DNA of 44,257 bases from Pseudomonadota bacterium (lineage in GTDB: Bacteria > Bdellovibrionota_C > UBA2361 > OMII01): the NCBI GenBank assembly GCA_900299035.1, contig OMIG01000240.1, forward strand, positions 1 to 44,257. Direction: 5' to 3'. The notes under the pieces were generated by a model. The model was not told where the DNA came from. It saw only the letters and a list, made by a program, of their open reading frames with translations, and did no database searches. The position numbers were made by a program, and so were the translations under genes. This document shows positions 17,568 to 25,729 of this stretch, piece after piece; positions within the stretch are counted from its first letter, which is position 1, and each line of letters begins with the position of its first letter.

Positions 17568-18343
17568 AACGCCTCAGCAAACCTCTCCCGCAATCTGGCG
17601 TGCACCGCCGTCCCCACAGCCAGCGACAGCACCGCCGTCACCGACAGCACCGCCCACAGGCCCGGAGCCGGAAGCCTCCCCTCAACCAGCACCTGCTGGT
17701 AGGCCACCGTGAGCACTGCAAACGGATTGGCCTCGAGCAGGACTCGGTACCGCTCTGGCACAGCCGATGCCGGGTACACTATGGGACAGAGAAAAAAGAC
17801 GAAGGTGAGCAGGTTAGACACCAGGTGCTGCACGTCCCTGAAAAACACATTGAGTGCGCTCAGCGCCAACACCATGCCATGCAAGATGCAGGCGTGCAGC
17901 AAGATGACCACTGGCAGCAAAAGCCACGAGGCTGACACGGGCACTCCCGCGAGCAGCATAAACAGCGCCAGCATCGGCAGGGCGAAGAGGAAGTGAGCCA
18001 TCGACGAAAGCACGCTGACGAAGGGCAGGATGTGGGCCGGGAAGAGAGACTTGGTGATCAGGTGCCCGCTGCTAACGAGAGATGCTGTGCCCTCGCTCAG
18101 CGCGCTGCTAGTCCAAATCCACGGGAGCAGTCCAGCAAAGACCATCAGGTGGTAGTGCTCGCCGCCGTTGAAGCGCATGTAGTAGCTAAACACGAGCGTG
18201 TAGACCGCCATGAGGCAGAGTGGGTTGAGGAACGACCAGAGGAACCCAAACAGCGATCCGCGGTAGCGCGTCGCCACGTGCCGTCTCACGAGCGCGTCCA
18301 CGAGCGCCCTGCACTTCCACGTTTCTCGGCTTAGCGCGAACAT
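17564..18343 (-). CDS. wzm: ABC-2 type polysaccharide/O-antigen export permease
   Basis: The 259-aa product has six TM segments. Its N-terminal RYRGSLFGFLWSFLNPL motif is typical of ABC-2 (Wzm/TagG/KpsM) permeases. It is paired with the ATPase gene upstream. Confidence 0.85.
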   Translation of the reverse strand: MFALSRETWKCRALVDALVRRHVATRYRGSLFGFLWSFLNPLCLMAVYTLVFSYYMRFNGGEHYHLMVFAGLLPWIWTSSALSEGTASLVSSGHLITKSLFPAHILPFVSVLSSMAHFLFALPMLALFMLLAGVPVSASWLLLPVVILLHACILHGMVLALSALNVFFRDVQHLVSNLLTFVFFLCPIVYPASAVPERYRVLLEANPFAVLTVAYQQVLVEGRLPAPGLWAVLSVTAVLSLAVGTAVHARLRERFAEAL

Positions 18344-19689
18344 CGGCAGACCTCACCGTTTGCCCGCCACTCTCGCTGCGGGGACACGACACCAGCCTCT
18401 CTTGATTCAGAGCGCACGGAAAACTGAATGGCAGCCTTGTGGTAGTCGTAGGCGTATCCATCCTGGCGATGCAGCGCAACGTCCAGAGAGAATGCGCCAT
18501 CGAGGAGCCCAAGGCGCTCGATCTGACACTCGATCACGCCGCTGCTGCCCAGCTTCGGAAGGCTCACCCGGTCGATATCCGTGTTTGTGCCAAACACCGA
18601 CAGTCCATCGCCGCGGTGGATACCGATTCCGCACACGACGTCTTCCTGGGGCGAATGAGTCCGGTATGAGATGCGCACCCGGGCGCCGTCACCGGGGTGG
18701 AACACGCGCGTTTCTGTCCCTGCCGCGTCTACTAGCTCAACAGACGAGATCTCTACTTCGCGGCTGCCCCAGCGAGCATGCTCCATTACTCCCGCCGCTC
18801 CTGTCGCCTCAGCGCTGGAGCTCGGCCACGACTCTCTCTCGCTTTCAAGAATCTGCAGCTCTTCTCCCTTCTCGATAAAATGCCGGTACGCGTCGATCAC
18901 GCGCCGAGGGTAGCCTCGCTCCCGCACCTCTCCCTCGTGAAGCCAGATCGCCTCATCGCACCAGCGCTCAACCGAGTCCAGGTCGTGCGTGACCAGAATG
19001 AGGGTCTTCCCCTCTCTGCGCAGCTCCGCGATCTTCTCCTTACACTTTGCCACGAAGCCGGCATCGCCCACCGCCAACACCTCGTCGACTAAGAGCACGT
19101 CTGGGTCTGTGTGCACAGCGACGCTGAAGCCTAGCCGCATGAACATGCCTGACGAGTAGGTGCGGACCGGGTCATCTATGACTGCCTCAAGCTCCGCGAA
19201 GCGCACGATCTCGTCGAAGCGCTCCTCAACTTCGCGCCTGCTGAGCCCGTGCATCACGCCTGCCAGCATCAGGTTCTCTCGCCCGGTAAAGTCTGGATGA
19301 AACCCCGCGCCGAGCTCTATGAGCGCCGCGACTCTTCCCAGAACCGAGACTGAGCCAGAGTCTGGCTTGTAGATTCCCGTAACGAGCTTAAGAAATGTTG
19401 ACTTGCCCGAGCCGTTCCTGCCGATCAGGCCAACCGAGGCGCCGCGCGGAATTCGCATCGTCAGATCTCTGATGGCGTGAGTAACGCCATCGCCCTCTGC
19501 TGCGAGGTTTCGGTCTCGAGCCGGCTTGAGCATGCCGAGCGCGGCACTCTTGAGCGTCGTGTAGCTGCCCTTGGATCGGGTCCTGCGGCGGAAGCTCTTC
19601 GACAGTCCGACGATGTCCACGACGTAGTCAACGCCGGAACCGCGCCCCTGCTCTGGGGCTTTCTGGCTCGCTTCAGCCGCACTGCCCAT
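18331..19689 (-). CDS. wzt: Polysaccharide ABC exporter ATP-binding protein with a C-terminal Wzt_C-like beta-sandwich domain
   Basis: The product has Walker A (GRNGSGKST), the signature motif (YSSGMFMRLGF) and Walker B (LLVDEVLAVGD). An additional ~145-aa C-terminal domain (VELVDAAGTETRVFHPGDGARVRISYR...GAFSLDVALH) resembles the carbohydrate-binding domain of Wzt/TagH exporters. Confidence 0.85.
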   Translation of the reverse strand: MGSAAEASQKAPEQGRGSGVDYVVDIVGLSKSFRRRTRSKGSYTTLKSAALGMLKPARDRNLAAEGDGVTHAIRDLTMRIPRGASVGLIGRNGSGKSTFLKLVTGIYKPDSGSVSVLGRVAALIELGAGFHPDFTGRENLMLAGVMHGLSRREVEERFDEIVRFAELEAVIDDPVRTYSSGMFMRLGFSVAVHTDPDVLLVDEVLAVGDAGFVAKCKEKIAELRREGKTLILVTHDLDSVERWCDEAIWLHEGEVRERGYPRRVIDAYRHFIEKGEELQILESERESWPSSSAEATGAAGVMEHARWGSREVEISSVELVDAAGTETRVFHPGDGARVRISYRTHSPQEDVVCGIGIHRGDGLSVFGTNTDIDRVSLPKLGSSGVIECQIERLGLLDGAFSLDVALHRQDGYAYDYHKAAIQFSVRSESREAGVVSPQREWRANGEVCRCSR

Positions 19690-19692
19690 CGA

Positions 19693-20277
19693 CTAAGGCT
19701 CCCGCCTGATGACGTACACTCCGGGCAGGTTTCTCCAGCGCTCGCCGTCGTCCATTCCGTAGCCTACAAACCACTCCAGCCCGTCATATTCGAACCCGAC
19801 CCAGCAAGGGACAAAGGTCGGCTTGTCGAGCAGGCGGCGGATTAGGACAACGCTGCGCACTTCGCGCGCACCCTTCTCCAAGAAGTCCTTCTCAAGCGCC
19901 TCAAGCGTACGCCCCGAGTCGCACACATCATCAACGATCAGCACCACCCGGCCCTTCACCGCCAGGCCGTCCGAGTGAACGGTCACCTTCTCTTTCTTGA
20001 CCCCGGACACAGTGGCCTCGTAGGCCTCGGTGCGAACCGGCACGATCTCAACTGAATCAGGTATCTGGCGGGCGAGGTCAGCGAAGAAGAACACTCCTCC
20101 CCTCAATACCGGCACAACTAACACGTCGGTGTGAGACTCTTCCCAGACTCTCGAGCACCAACGGCCGATCTCTTCTCCTAGCTCGGCTACGCGAGAGGCT
20201 ATCTCCTTGGGCGAGTACTGAATGACGAAGCTGACTGGTATCTGCCGGGCAGAACCGCTATCTTTTGCTTTAGGCAC
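19693..20277 (-). CDS. hpt: Hypoxanthine(-guanine) phosphoribosyltransferase
   Basis: The PRPP-binding motif VVLIVDDVCDSGRTL and the C-terminal FVGYGMDDGERWRNLPGVYVI are typical of HGPRT. I set the start to the GTG at 20277, preceded by AAGGAA; the track start at 20325 would overlap the divergent gene. The stop is 3 nt from the wzt ATG. Confidence 0.85.
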   Translation of the reverse strand: MPKAKDSGSARQIPVSFVIQYSPKEIASRVAELGEEIGRWCSRVWEESHTDVLVVPVLRGGVFFFADLARQIPDSVEIVPVRTEAYEATVSGVKKEKVTVHSDGLAVKGRVVLIVDDVCDSGRTLEALEKDFLEKGAREVRSVVLIRRLLDKPTFVPCWVGFEYDGLEWFVGYGMDDGERWRNLPGVYVIRREP

Positions 20278-20310
20278 TACGGATTCCTTACTGAATTTGG
20301 GGAGGCCCCT

Positions 20311-20805
20311 ATGACAACCCGTCACTATACCGGCTTTTGGACAAAAGATGCAATAACGACAGCCCTTTGCACATTCGCCTTGGCCGTCTTCATAAGTGCC
20401 TGCTCTGATTCCGATAGTACTGACACCCAGAGCGATGAGGCTGCCGCCCCGCCCGCCCCCCAGGCGGCTACCGAAGTCGACCAGGCGATTGGCACAGTCC
20501 TAGAAAACCTCAACGAGCAGCTGGAAAAAACGAGCGGACAGGTACAGGAAGCGGTGGCGCCGCACGCTGAAGAGATTCAGGCCCGAACCAAGGTTGAGGT
20601 CGAGAAGCTGTTCCAGTGGGAGTACAAGGTCGTAGACATACCGGCGGCTGCCACGGCTAGCCAGATGGAGAGCGACCTGACCAAGCTCGGCGCAGATGGC
20701 TGGGAGTGTGCTTCAATCATTCCTGTGCCGAACGGCTTTCGGGTCTCCTGCAAGCGCAAGCCGCCGAGCGCCCTAGCGTACCTTAAGTACATACCCGGGC
20801 TATAG
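20311..20805 (+). CDS. Lipoprotein with a C-terminal DUF4177-like domain
   Basis: The lipobox is AVFISAC. After an acidic linker, the C-terminal WEYKVVDIPAAATASQMESDLTKLGADGWECASIIPVPNGFRVSCKR resembles the small DUF4177 fold. GGGGAGG lies upstream of the ATG. Confidence 0.6.
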   Translation: MTTRHYTGFWTKDAITTALCTFALAVFISACSDSDSTDTQSDEAAAPPAPQAATEVDQAIGTVLENLNEQLEKTSGQVQEAVAPHAEEIQARTKVEVEKLFQWEYKVVDIPAAATASQMESDLTKLGADGWECASIIPVPNGFRVSCKRKPPSALAYLKYIPGL

Positions 20806-20810
20806 CCTGC

Positions 20811-21965
20811 GTGAAGACGCGACTACTCCACCGCTGCCGATCGTCTTTCGCCGCCGCGCGGCTAGTCACGTCATCGCTGCTCGTGGCGCTCACATTCCTG
20901 TCTGGTTGCTTGTCATCGCGGGTACCAGTTACCCCGGGAGAGATTCCAGCTCCGTCTTACGTAACTCCCGAGGACGAGGCGTACGGCTTAGAGGTTTTGA
21001 ACAAACTCAGCCAGGATTACCCAGTTGAGCAGAACGACCGGGACGTCAACCGGACGCGCGACATAGTGGACCGCCTTGCAAAGGCAGCCCACGCTAGCTC
21101 TAGCCCATGGAACGTGTACGTACTCCGAGGCGACCACGTGATCAACGCTGCAGCCACCCGAGGCAACTTTGTATTTGTCTGGACCGGCATGCTGATGGCG
21201 ACTCAGAACGACGCAGACCTCGCAACGGTGCTGGCTCACGAGATCGGGCACGTGCTCGCCAACCACACCTTTGCCACTCCCGACGAAGAGGCGAGCGAGA
21301 TCATCGCATCAGTCTCCGGAGACCTCGCCAGCAGCATCCTTTCAACTCAAGGAGGATACGGGGCGCTAGCCCAGGTTGCCGGCGCGCTCGTCACCGAAGC
21401 TGTCCGAGCAATGGTGGTAGTTCCTGAGTCTCAGCGCCAAGAGCTCGAAGCCGACCAGATCGGATTGTTCCTGCTCGCGGACGCCGGCATAGATCCCAGA
21501 GCTGCCGTGGACTTCTGGACGCGCTTCGATACCCTTCACGGCGGCGTCAGCCCTACCGCCTCCTTCCTATCAAGCCACCCCGCTAACCAAGATCGCATCG
21601 ACGCGCTTGAGGCACTCATGCCGGAAGCCACAGACCGTTACCTAACGGCCACCGGCCGCGCGCCCAGGAAAAAAGCTAGCCCAGCCCCTGCGCCCGGGTC
21701 CGCATCGCCTCCAGCAAACCCTCAAGCGCCCCTGGGCTCAAACAATGGCCAAGCTGGCTCTGAGCCCTGGGTGGTCACCGAGGCCTCGACAGCACTCCGC
21801 GAGCAGCCAGATGACTCTTCTCCCCTGGTGCGAGACCTGCAGAAAGGAGAGCGCCTAGTCGTCGGTCAGCAGCACGAGCGATGGTTTGAGGTGGTAAGCC
21901 CCGAAGCTGGCTTTGTCCGGGGTCGCGACATCGCCCCTGAGAGCATCGCCAACAGCCGTCCTTAA
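20811..21965 (+). CDS. M48-family zinc metallopeptidase lipoprotein with a C-terminal bacterial SH3-like domain
   Basis: The lipobox is LTFLSGC. The HEXXH motif is in VLAHEIGHVLANH, with a downstream E (QELEADQIG) and SHP. The C-terminal WVVTEASTALREQPDDSSPLVRDLQKGERLVVGQQHERWFEVVSPEAGFVRGRDI is SH3b-like. The start is the GTG at 20811. Confidence 0.85.
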   Translation: MKTRLLHRCRSSFAAARLVTSSLLVALTFLSGCLSSRVPVTPGEIPAPSYVTPEDEAYGLEVLNKLSQDYPVEQNDRDVNRTRDIVDRLAKAAHASSSPWNVYVLRGDHVINAAATRGNFVFVWTGMLMATQNDADLATVLAHEIGHVLANHTFATPDEEASEIIASVSGDLASSILSTQGGYGALAQVAGALVTEAVRAMVVVPESQRQELEADQIGLFLLADAGIDPRAAVDFWTRFDTLHGGVSPTASFLSSHPANQDRIDALEALMPEATDRYLTATGRAPRKKASPAPAPGSASPPANPQAPLGSNNGQAGSEPWVVTEASTALREQPDDSSPLVRDLQKGERLVVGQQHERWFEVVSPEAGFVRGRDIAPESIANSRP

Positions 21966-22099
21966 AGGGCGGCGGAATTCCGGCTCAATCGCTCAGCGCC
22001 GGGTAGCAGCCTGCGCTAGCGAAGAGCATCTGGCGAGCAGGCACAGCGCTCCGCTATAAAAAAGGCGCAGCACTTGTGCCGTTTCTCGTGAGGGCCCTT

Positions 22100-22591
22100 A
22101 TGCCAACGACGCCTGACACCTCTGCTCTACTCAGCGGATTCAATCTGCTTAGTCTCGTGCAGGAAACATTTGTCGCTCTGTGTGCGATTCTCCTCGCCAC
22201 GGGCTTTCATGGCGCCTGGTCTTCACGCATCCTGTTTCACTCAGAGGGAGTGATGCAACGCCACCTTTCTGCCAAGCGCTTCAATCGAGTAATCCTTCAG
22301 TGCTACCTCGCAGTGCTGGGGCTGGTTCTTGTTCACCTCGCCGAGATCGGGTTCTGGGGATTGTCCCTCCTCATCTTCGATCTTACCGACAACCTGCTCG
22401 AGGCGCTGCTCATAGCCGGCAGCACGTACACGACTGTTGGCTTCGAGAGCGACTCGCTACGGCCGGGCTGGAAGCTGTACATGATCTTTATCGCCGTGAG
22501 CGGCCTCTTTAACTTCGCATGGAGCACGAGCACACTGATGACCCTGTTTACCCAGGGACGAGAGGCGTACAGGCTCAAGCTGCGCCTCTGA
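22100..22591 (+). CDS. Small ion-channel-like membrane protein (K+-channel pore-loop fold, degenerate filter TVGFE)
   Basis: The product has a TM segment, a pore helix and another TM segment, with the sequence AGSTYTTVGFESD (TTVGFE = nt 22430-22447). The ATG at 22100 has GAGGG 6 nt upstream. Confidence 0.6.
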   Translation: MPTTPDTSALLSGFNLLSLVQETFVALCAILLATGFHGAWSSRILFHSEGVMQRHLSAKRFNRVILQCYLAVLGLVLVHLAEIGFWGLSLLIFDLTDNLLEALLIAGSTYTTVGFESDSLRPGWKLYMIFIAVSGLFNFAWSTSTLMTLFTQGREAYRLKLRL

Positions 22592-22806
22592 GAGCTGCAG
22601 CTCCCGATCAGTGGCGGCCAACTCAGAACCCTTCATCGCAGCTCAAAGCTGTCAGAGCGCGATGTTTCCTGGCGGCTCGCTGTCAATCCGGCTTCCTGTT
22701 TCTTCACCCCCCGATTCTGCACCGAGAGTCCCCCTAAGCAGCTGGACCCGCATCCTTCGCTGACTCAACGATTGATTACCCGATAGCGTGCGGCTAACCT
22801 CGCCTC

Positions 22807-23568
22807 ATGTGCCGAATGCTTGCCAAGGTATCTGTTCAGGAGGCTCCCGCTGAGTACGAGCTGCTCACCGCGCCGCACTCTTTGAGCGCTCAGTCACTTC
22901 GAGCAAAGCTTCCTTTCCCCTCGCAGCCTTTCGGTCCCCACAACGATGGCTGCGGAATGGCGTGGCTAGACCGCGATTCCATCAAGCTCTCGAAGCGCGG
23001 CCGAAATGATTGTTGGGATGCCTCGTTCATCGGGGAAGCAGAGAGTCTCTCCACAAAGTCCTTCATCGCCCACAACAGGGCAGCCAGCCAGGGGCTCGTG
23101 ATCAACCGCTCCGCAGCGCACCCCTACACCGCGACAGTGGCCGGCGAAACAGTTGCTTTCTGCCACAACGGCGGCATTCGAAACCTCTTTGAGCAGGCCT
23201 CCGCTCGGCGAGTCACCGACTCGTTCCTGTTCCTTGAGCACGTTGCGCAAAAAATTCATGTGCTCGACCTCTCATCGTTGCGAGACCTCCTCGCGCGGTG
23301 CTCGCGGGAGTGGAGCTTTACCTCTCTTAACGGCCTACTGCTCTCTCCGCGCGGCGTATTCGCTTGGCGCTGCTTTGAGGATCGCGGCTCGAGCCGAGAT
23401 ATTCACGAGGGGTACTACACGCTACACTCTCATCAGCGCCCAAATGACATCTGCATCGCATCAGAGCCGGTCGACCGGAAGCGCTCCTGGGCGCCGCTTC
23501 CAAATCGAACCGTGGTGGAGCTGCGCGCTGAGCGCGGCGTGGTCGTTATGAATCAGGCCTCGTTCTAA
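22807..23568 (+). CDS. Class II (Ntn-type) glutamine amidotransferase domain protein (YafJ-like)
   Basis: The N-terminal Met-Cys (MCRMLA...) supplies the Ntn nucleophile. Further motifs are ...HNDGCGMAW..., ...AHNRAAS...AAHPY... and ...FCHNGGI. Confidence 0.75.
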   Translation: MCRMLAKVSVQEAPAEYELLTAPHSLSAQSLRAKLPFPSQPFGPHNDGCGMAWLDRDSIKLSKRGRNDCWDASFIGEAESLSTKSFIAHNRAASQGLVINRSAAHPYTATVAGETVAFCHNGGIRNLFEQASARRVTDSFLFLEHVAQKIHVLDLSSLRDLLARCSREWSFTSLNGLLLSPRGVFAWRCFEDRGSSRDIHEGYYTLHSHQRPNDICIASEPVDRKRSWAPLPNRTVVELRAERGVVVMNQASF

Positions 23569-23789
23569 GAGGGGCGTCTTCTCCGCAGCGGGCTTTAGCG
23601 CAGCCAGCCGTTCAGGAGTGTCTTTTTTCGAGGTGGCAACAGGACTCTACGGCAGACTGGCTGCTTCTAGGGCCTGCCAATTCGCAGATTCTACTGCCCT
23701 CCAGTCGATTCCAACCCCCTCCCCCTCCCGGTCGCGCGCATTTCGGGCTAGTCTACGGGCGTTCAAAGCTCACCCCTGGGAGAAGCACG

Positions 23790-25163
23790 ATGTTCGACTT
23801 CCTACACGACAAGCTCGATTCCGCCCTCAAGAAGATTCGCGGCCGCGGGGCTCTCTCGGCTTCCGACGTCGAGGCGACCATGAAAGAGGTCCGCACTGCC
23901 CTGCTCGAGGGCGACGTGAACTTCAAAGTCGCAAAGGACTTCTGCGCACGCGTCTCAGAGAAAGCTGTCGGAGAGTCTGTCCTCAAGAGCCTGTCCCCTG
24001 ACCAGCAGATCATCAAAATCGTGCACGAAGAGCTTACCGCGATGATGGGAGGAGAGGCTGCTGACCTCGACCTCAAGTCCGCTCCTCCAGTGGTCATACT
24101 GCTGGCTGGCTTGCAGGGCTCCGGAAAAACTACCACCAGCGCCAAGCTCGCTCGGCTCCTTCGGGACAGCTACAAGCGCTCGCCCCTGCTCGTTCCGGCA
24201 GATGTGTACCGACCGGCGGCTATCGAGCAGCTCAAAACCCTCGGTTCGTCGCTCGGCATCCCCGTGTTCGACTCTAAGCCCACCGATCGCCCCCTCGACA
24301 TAGCGATCCGCGCCCGAGAGCAGGCCTCTCGAACCATGTGCGACGTAGTCATCATCGACACCGCGGGCCGGCTGCAAATCGATGCCAACCTCATGGACGA
24401 GCTGAAGCAAATCGCCGCAGCAGTAGCGCCGAACGAAACGCTCCTGGTGGCAGATGCCATGACGGGCCAAGAGGCTGTCAACGTCGCCCAGGGCTTCGGT
24501 GACGCCCTGCCCCTGACTGGGCTCATCCTCACCAAGCTCGACGGCGATGCGCGCGGCGGCGCGGCGCTATCGATGCGCGCCGTGACCGGCAAGCCGATCA
24601 AGTTCGTCGGCCTTGGCGAGAAGTCCGATGCCCTGGAAGCCTTTCCCCCCGAGCGCATGGCCTCGCGGATCCTCGGGATGGGGGATGTCCTGACCCTTAT
24701 CGAGAAGGCCACTCAGCAGGTCTCGCTTGAGGACTCTGCCGCCCTAGAGAAGAAGTTCAAGAAGGAGCAGTTCACCTTCGAGGACTTCCTTGGGCAGATG
24801 CGCATGATTAAAAAGATGGGGAGCATCTCATCTCTGGCCTCCATGATTCCGGGCCTTAACAAGCTCGCCAAGCAGGTAGACCCGGAGAAACAGGAGCGCG
24901 AGTTCACAAAGCTTGAGGCAATTATCCTCTCCATGACGCTCCAGGAGCGCCGCAACCACGAGATAATCGACGGCAGCCGACGCCGCCGAATCGCCAAAGG
25001 CTCAGGCACCAGCGTTGAAGACGTAAACAAGCTGCTCAAGCAGTTCGTCGAGATGCGCAAAATGATGAAGCAGCTGATGAAGATGGGACCCGGCATGCTC
25101 GGTGGGCTGATGGGTGGCGGAGGCATGGGCGGCATGGGCGGACTACTTGGGCGTCGACGCTAG
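23790..25163 (+). CDS. ffh: Signal recognition particle protein Ffh
   Basis: The product has the N domain, the G domain (GLQGSGKTTTSAKLA, DTAGR, TKLDGDARGG) and a Met-rich M domain, plus a Gly/Met tail (GGLMGGGGMGGMGGLLGRRR). Confidence 0.97.
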   Translation: MFDFLHDKLDSALKKIRGRGALSASDVEATMKEVRTALLEGDVNFKVAKDFCARVSEKAVGESVLKSLSPDQQIIKIVHEELTAMMGGEAADLDLKSAPPVVILLAGLQGSGKTTTSAKLARLLRDSYKRSPLLVPADVYRPAAIEQLKTLGSSLGIPVFDSKPTDRPLDIAIRAREQASRTMCDVVIIDTAGRLQIDANLMDELKQIAAAVAPNETLLVADAMTGQEAVNVAQGFGDALPLTGLILTKLDGDARGGAALSMRAVTGKPIKFVGLGEKSDALEAFPPERMASRILGMGDVLTLIEKATQQVSLEDSAALEKKFKKEQFTFEDFLGQMRMIKKMGSISSLASMIPGLNKLAKQVDPEKQEREFTKLEAIILSMTLQERRNHEIIDGSRRRRIAKGSGTSVEDVNKLLKQFVEMRKMMKQLMKMGPGMLGGLMGGGGMGGMGGLLGRRR

Positions 25164-25321
25164 TCGCATAAAGCCACTTGAAATATCCAGCTAGTTATTT
25201 CAGTTATTTAGAGGCAGCAATCGCTCGAAATCCTTGATTCCGGGCACGCATCTTTACCCAAGTGGCTCTTCTGGTGTACAGTTCCGGCTCGTTTTTCTCG
25301 TAACCTTTTACAGGAGTTACT

Positions 25322-25654
25322 GTGGCAGTTGTACTTCGTCTTGCTCGGCTCGGTAAGCATAAGTCACCGGCGTACCGTGTGGTCGCAACCGACAAGCAAA
25401 ACAAGAGAGATGGCCGTTTCCTCGAAGTGGTCGGAACCTACAATCCCCTTTCCAATCCGGCTCGGGTAACCCTCAAGGAGGACCTGATTAAGAAGTGGAT
25501 CAGTCTCGGCGCAAAGCCAACTGATGTCGTCCGCTCGTTGATTAAGAAAGCAATCCCTGGCCTCGTTGAGGGCCGCGAAGAGCACAAGCTCAAGCGTATC
25601 CAGGACGCCCGCAAGAAGCGTAAGCTCAGGGCGAAAGGCACTTCCAAGAAGTAA
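25322..25654 (+). CDS. rpsP: 30S ribosomal protein S16 (with a basic C-terminal extension)
   Basis: The N-terminus (M)AVVLRLARLGKHKSPAYRVVATDKQNKRDGRFLEVVGTYNP is canonical S16. The GTG start at 25322 is preceded by AGGAG. At 110 aa it is longer than a typical ~82-aa S16. Confidence 0.93.
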   Translation: MAVVLRLARLGKHKSPAYRVVATDKQNKRDGRFLEVVGTYNPLSNPARVTLKEDLIKKWISLGAKPTDVVRSLIKKAIPGLVEGREEHKLKRIQDARKKRKLRAKGTSKK

Positions 25655-25679
25655 CAGGGTTGAGCCTAGAGCTTCAATC

Positions 25680-25716
25680 ACGGCCGGAATCCTCAGTGGA
25701 CCGGCCGTTTTTTTTT
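25680..25716 (+). terminator. Rho-independent terminator or attenuator between rpsP and trmD
   Basis: ACGGCCGG (25680-25687) and CCGGCCGT (25701-25708) form an 8-bp GC-rich stem with a 13-nt loop. The stem is followed by a run of nine T (25708-25716). Confidence 0.75.
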
Positions 25717-25729
25717 GGCGAACGCGACC

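Noticed and set aside
19693-20277. hpt as a specialised glycan-pathway phosphoribosyltransferase rather than a purine salvage enzyme.
   Set aside because: The C-terminal FVGYGMDDGERWRNLP motif and the PRPP loop are those of ordinary HGPRT. The tight linkage to wzt is noted in the operon finding, but I cannot support a novel function.
25164-25321. A lower-GC 158-nt region upstream of rpsP, considered as a promoter or leader element.
   Set aside because: TTGAAA is present (around 25178), but no -10 hexamer lies at acceptable spacing. I could not support a specific site, so I left it unannotated.
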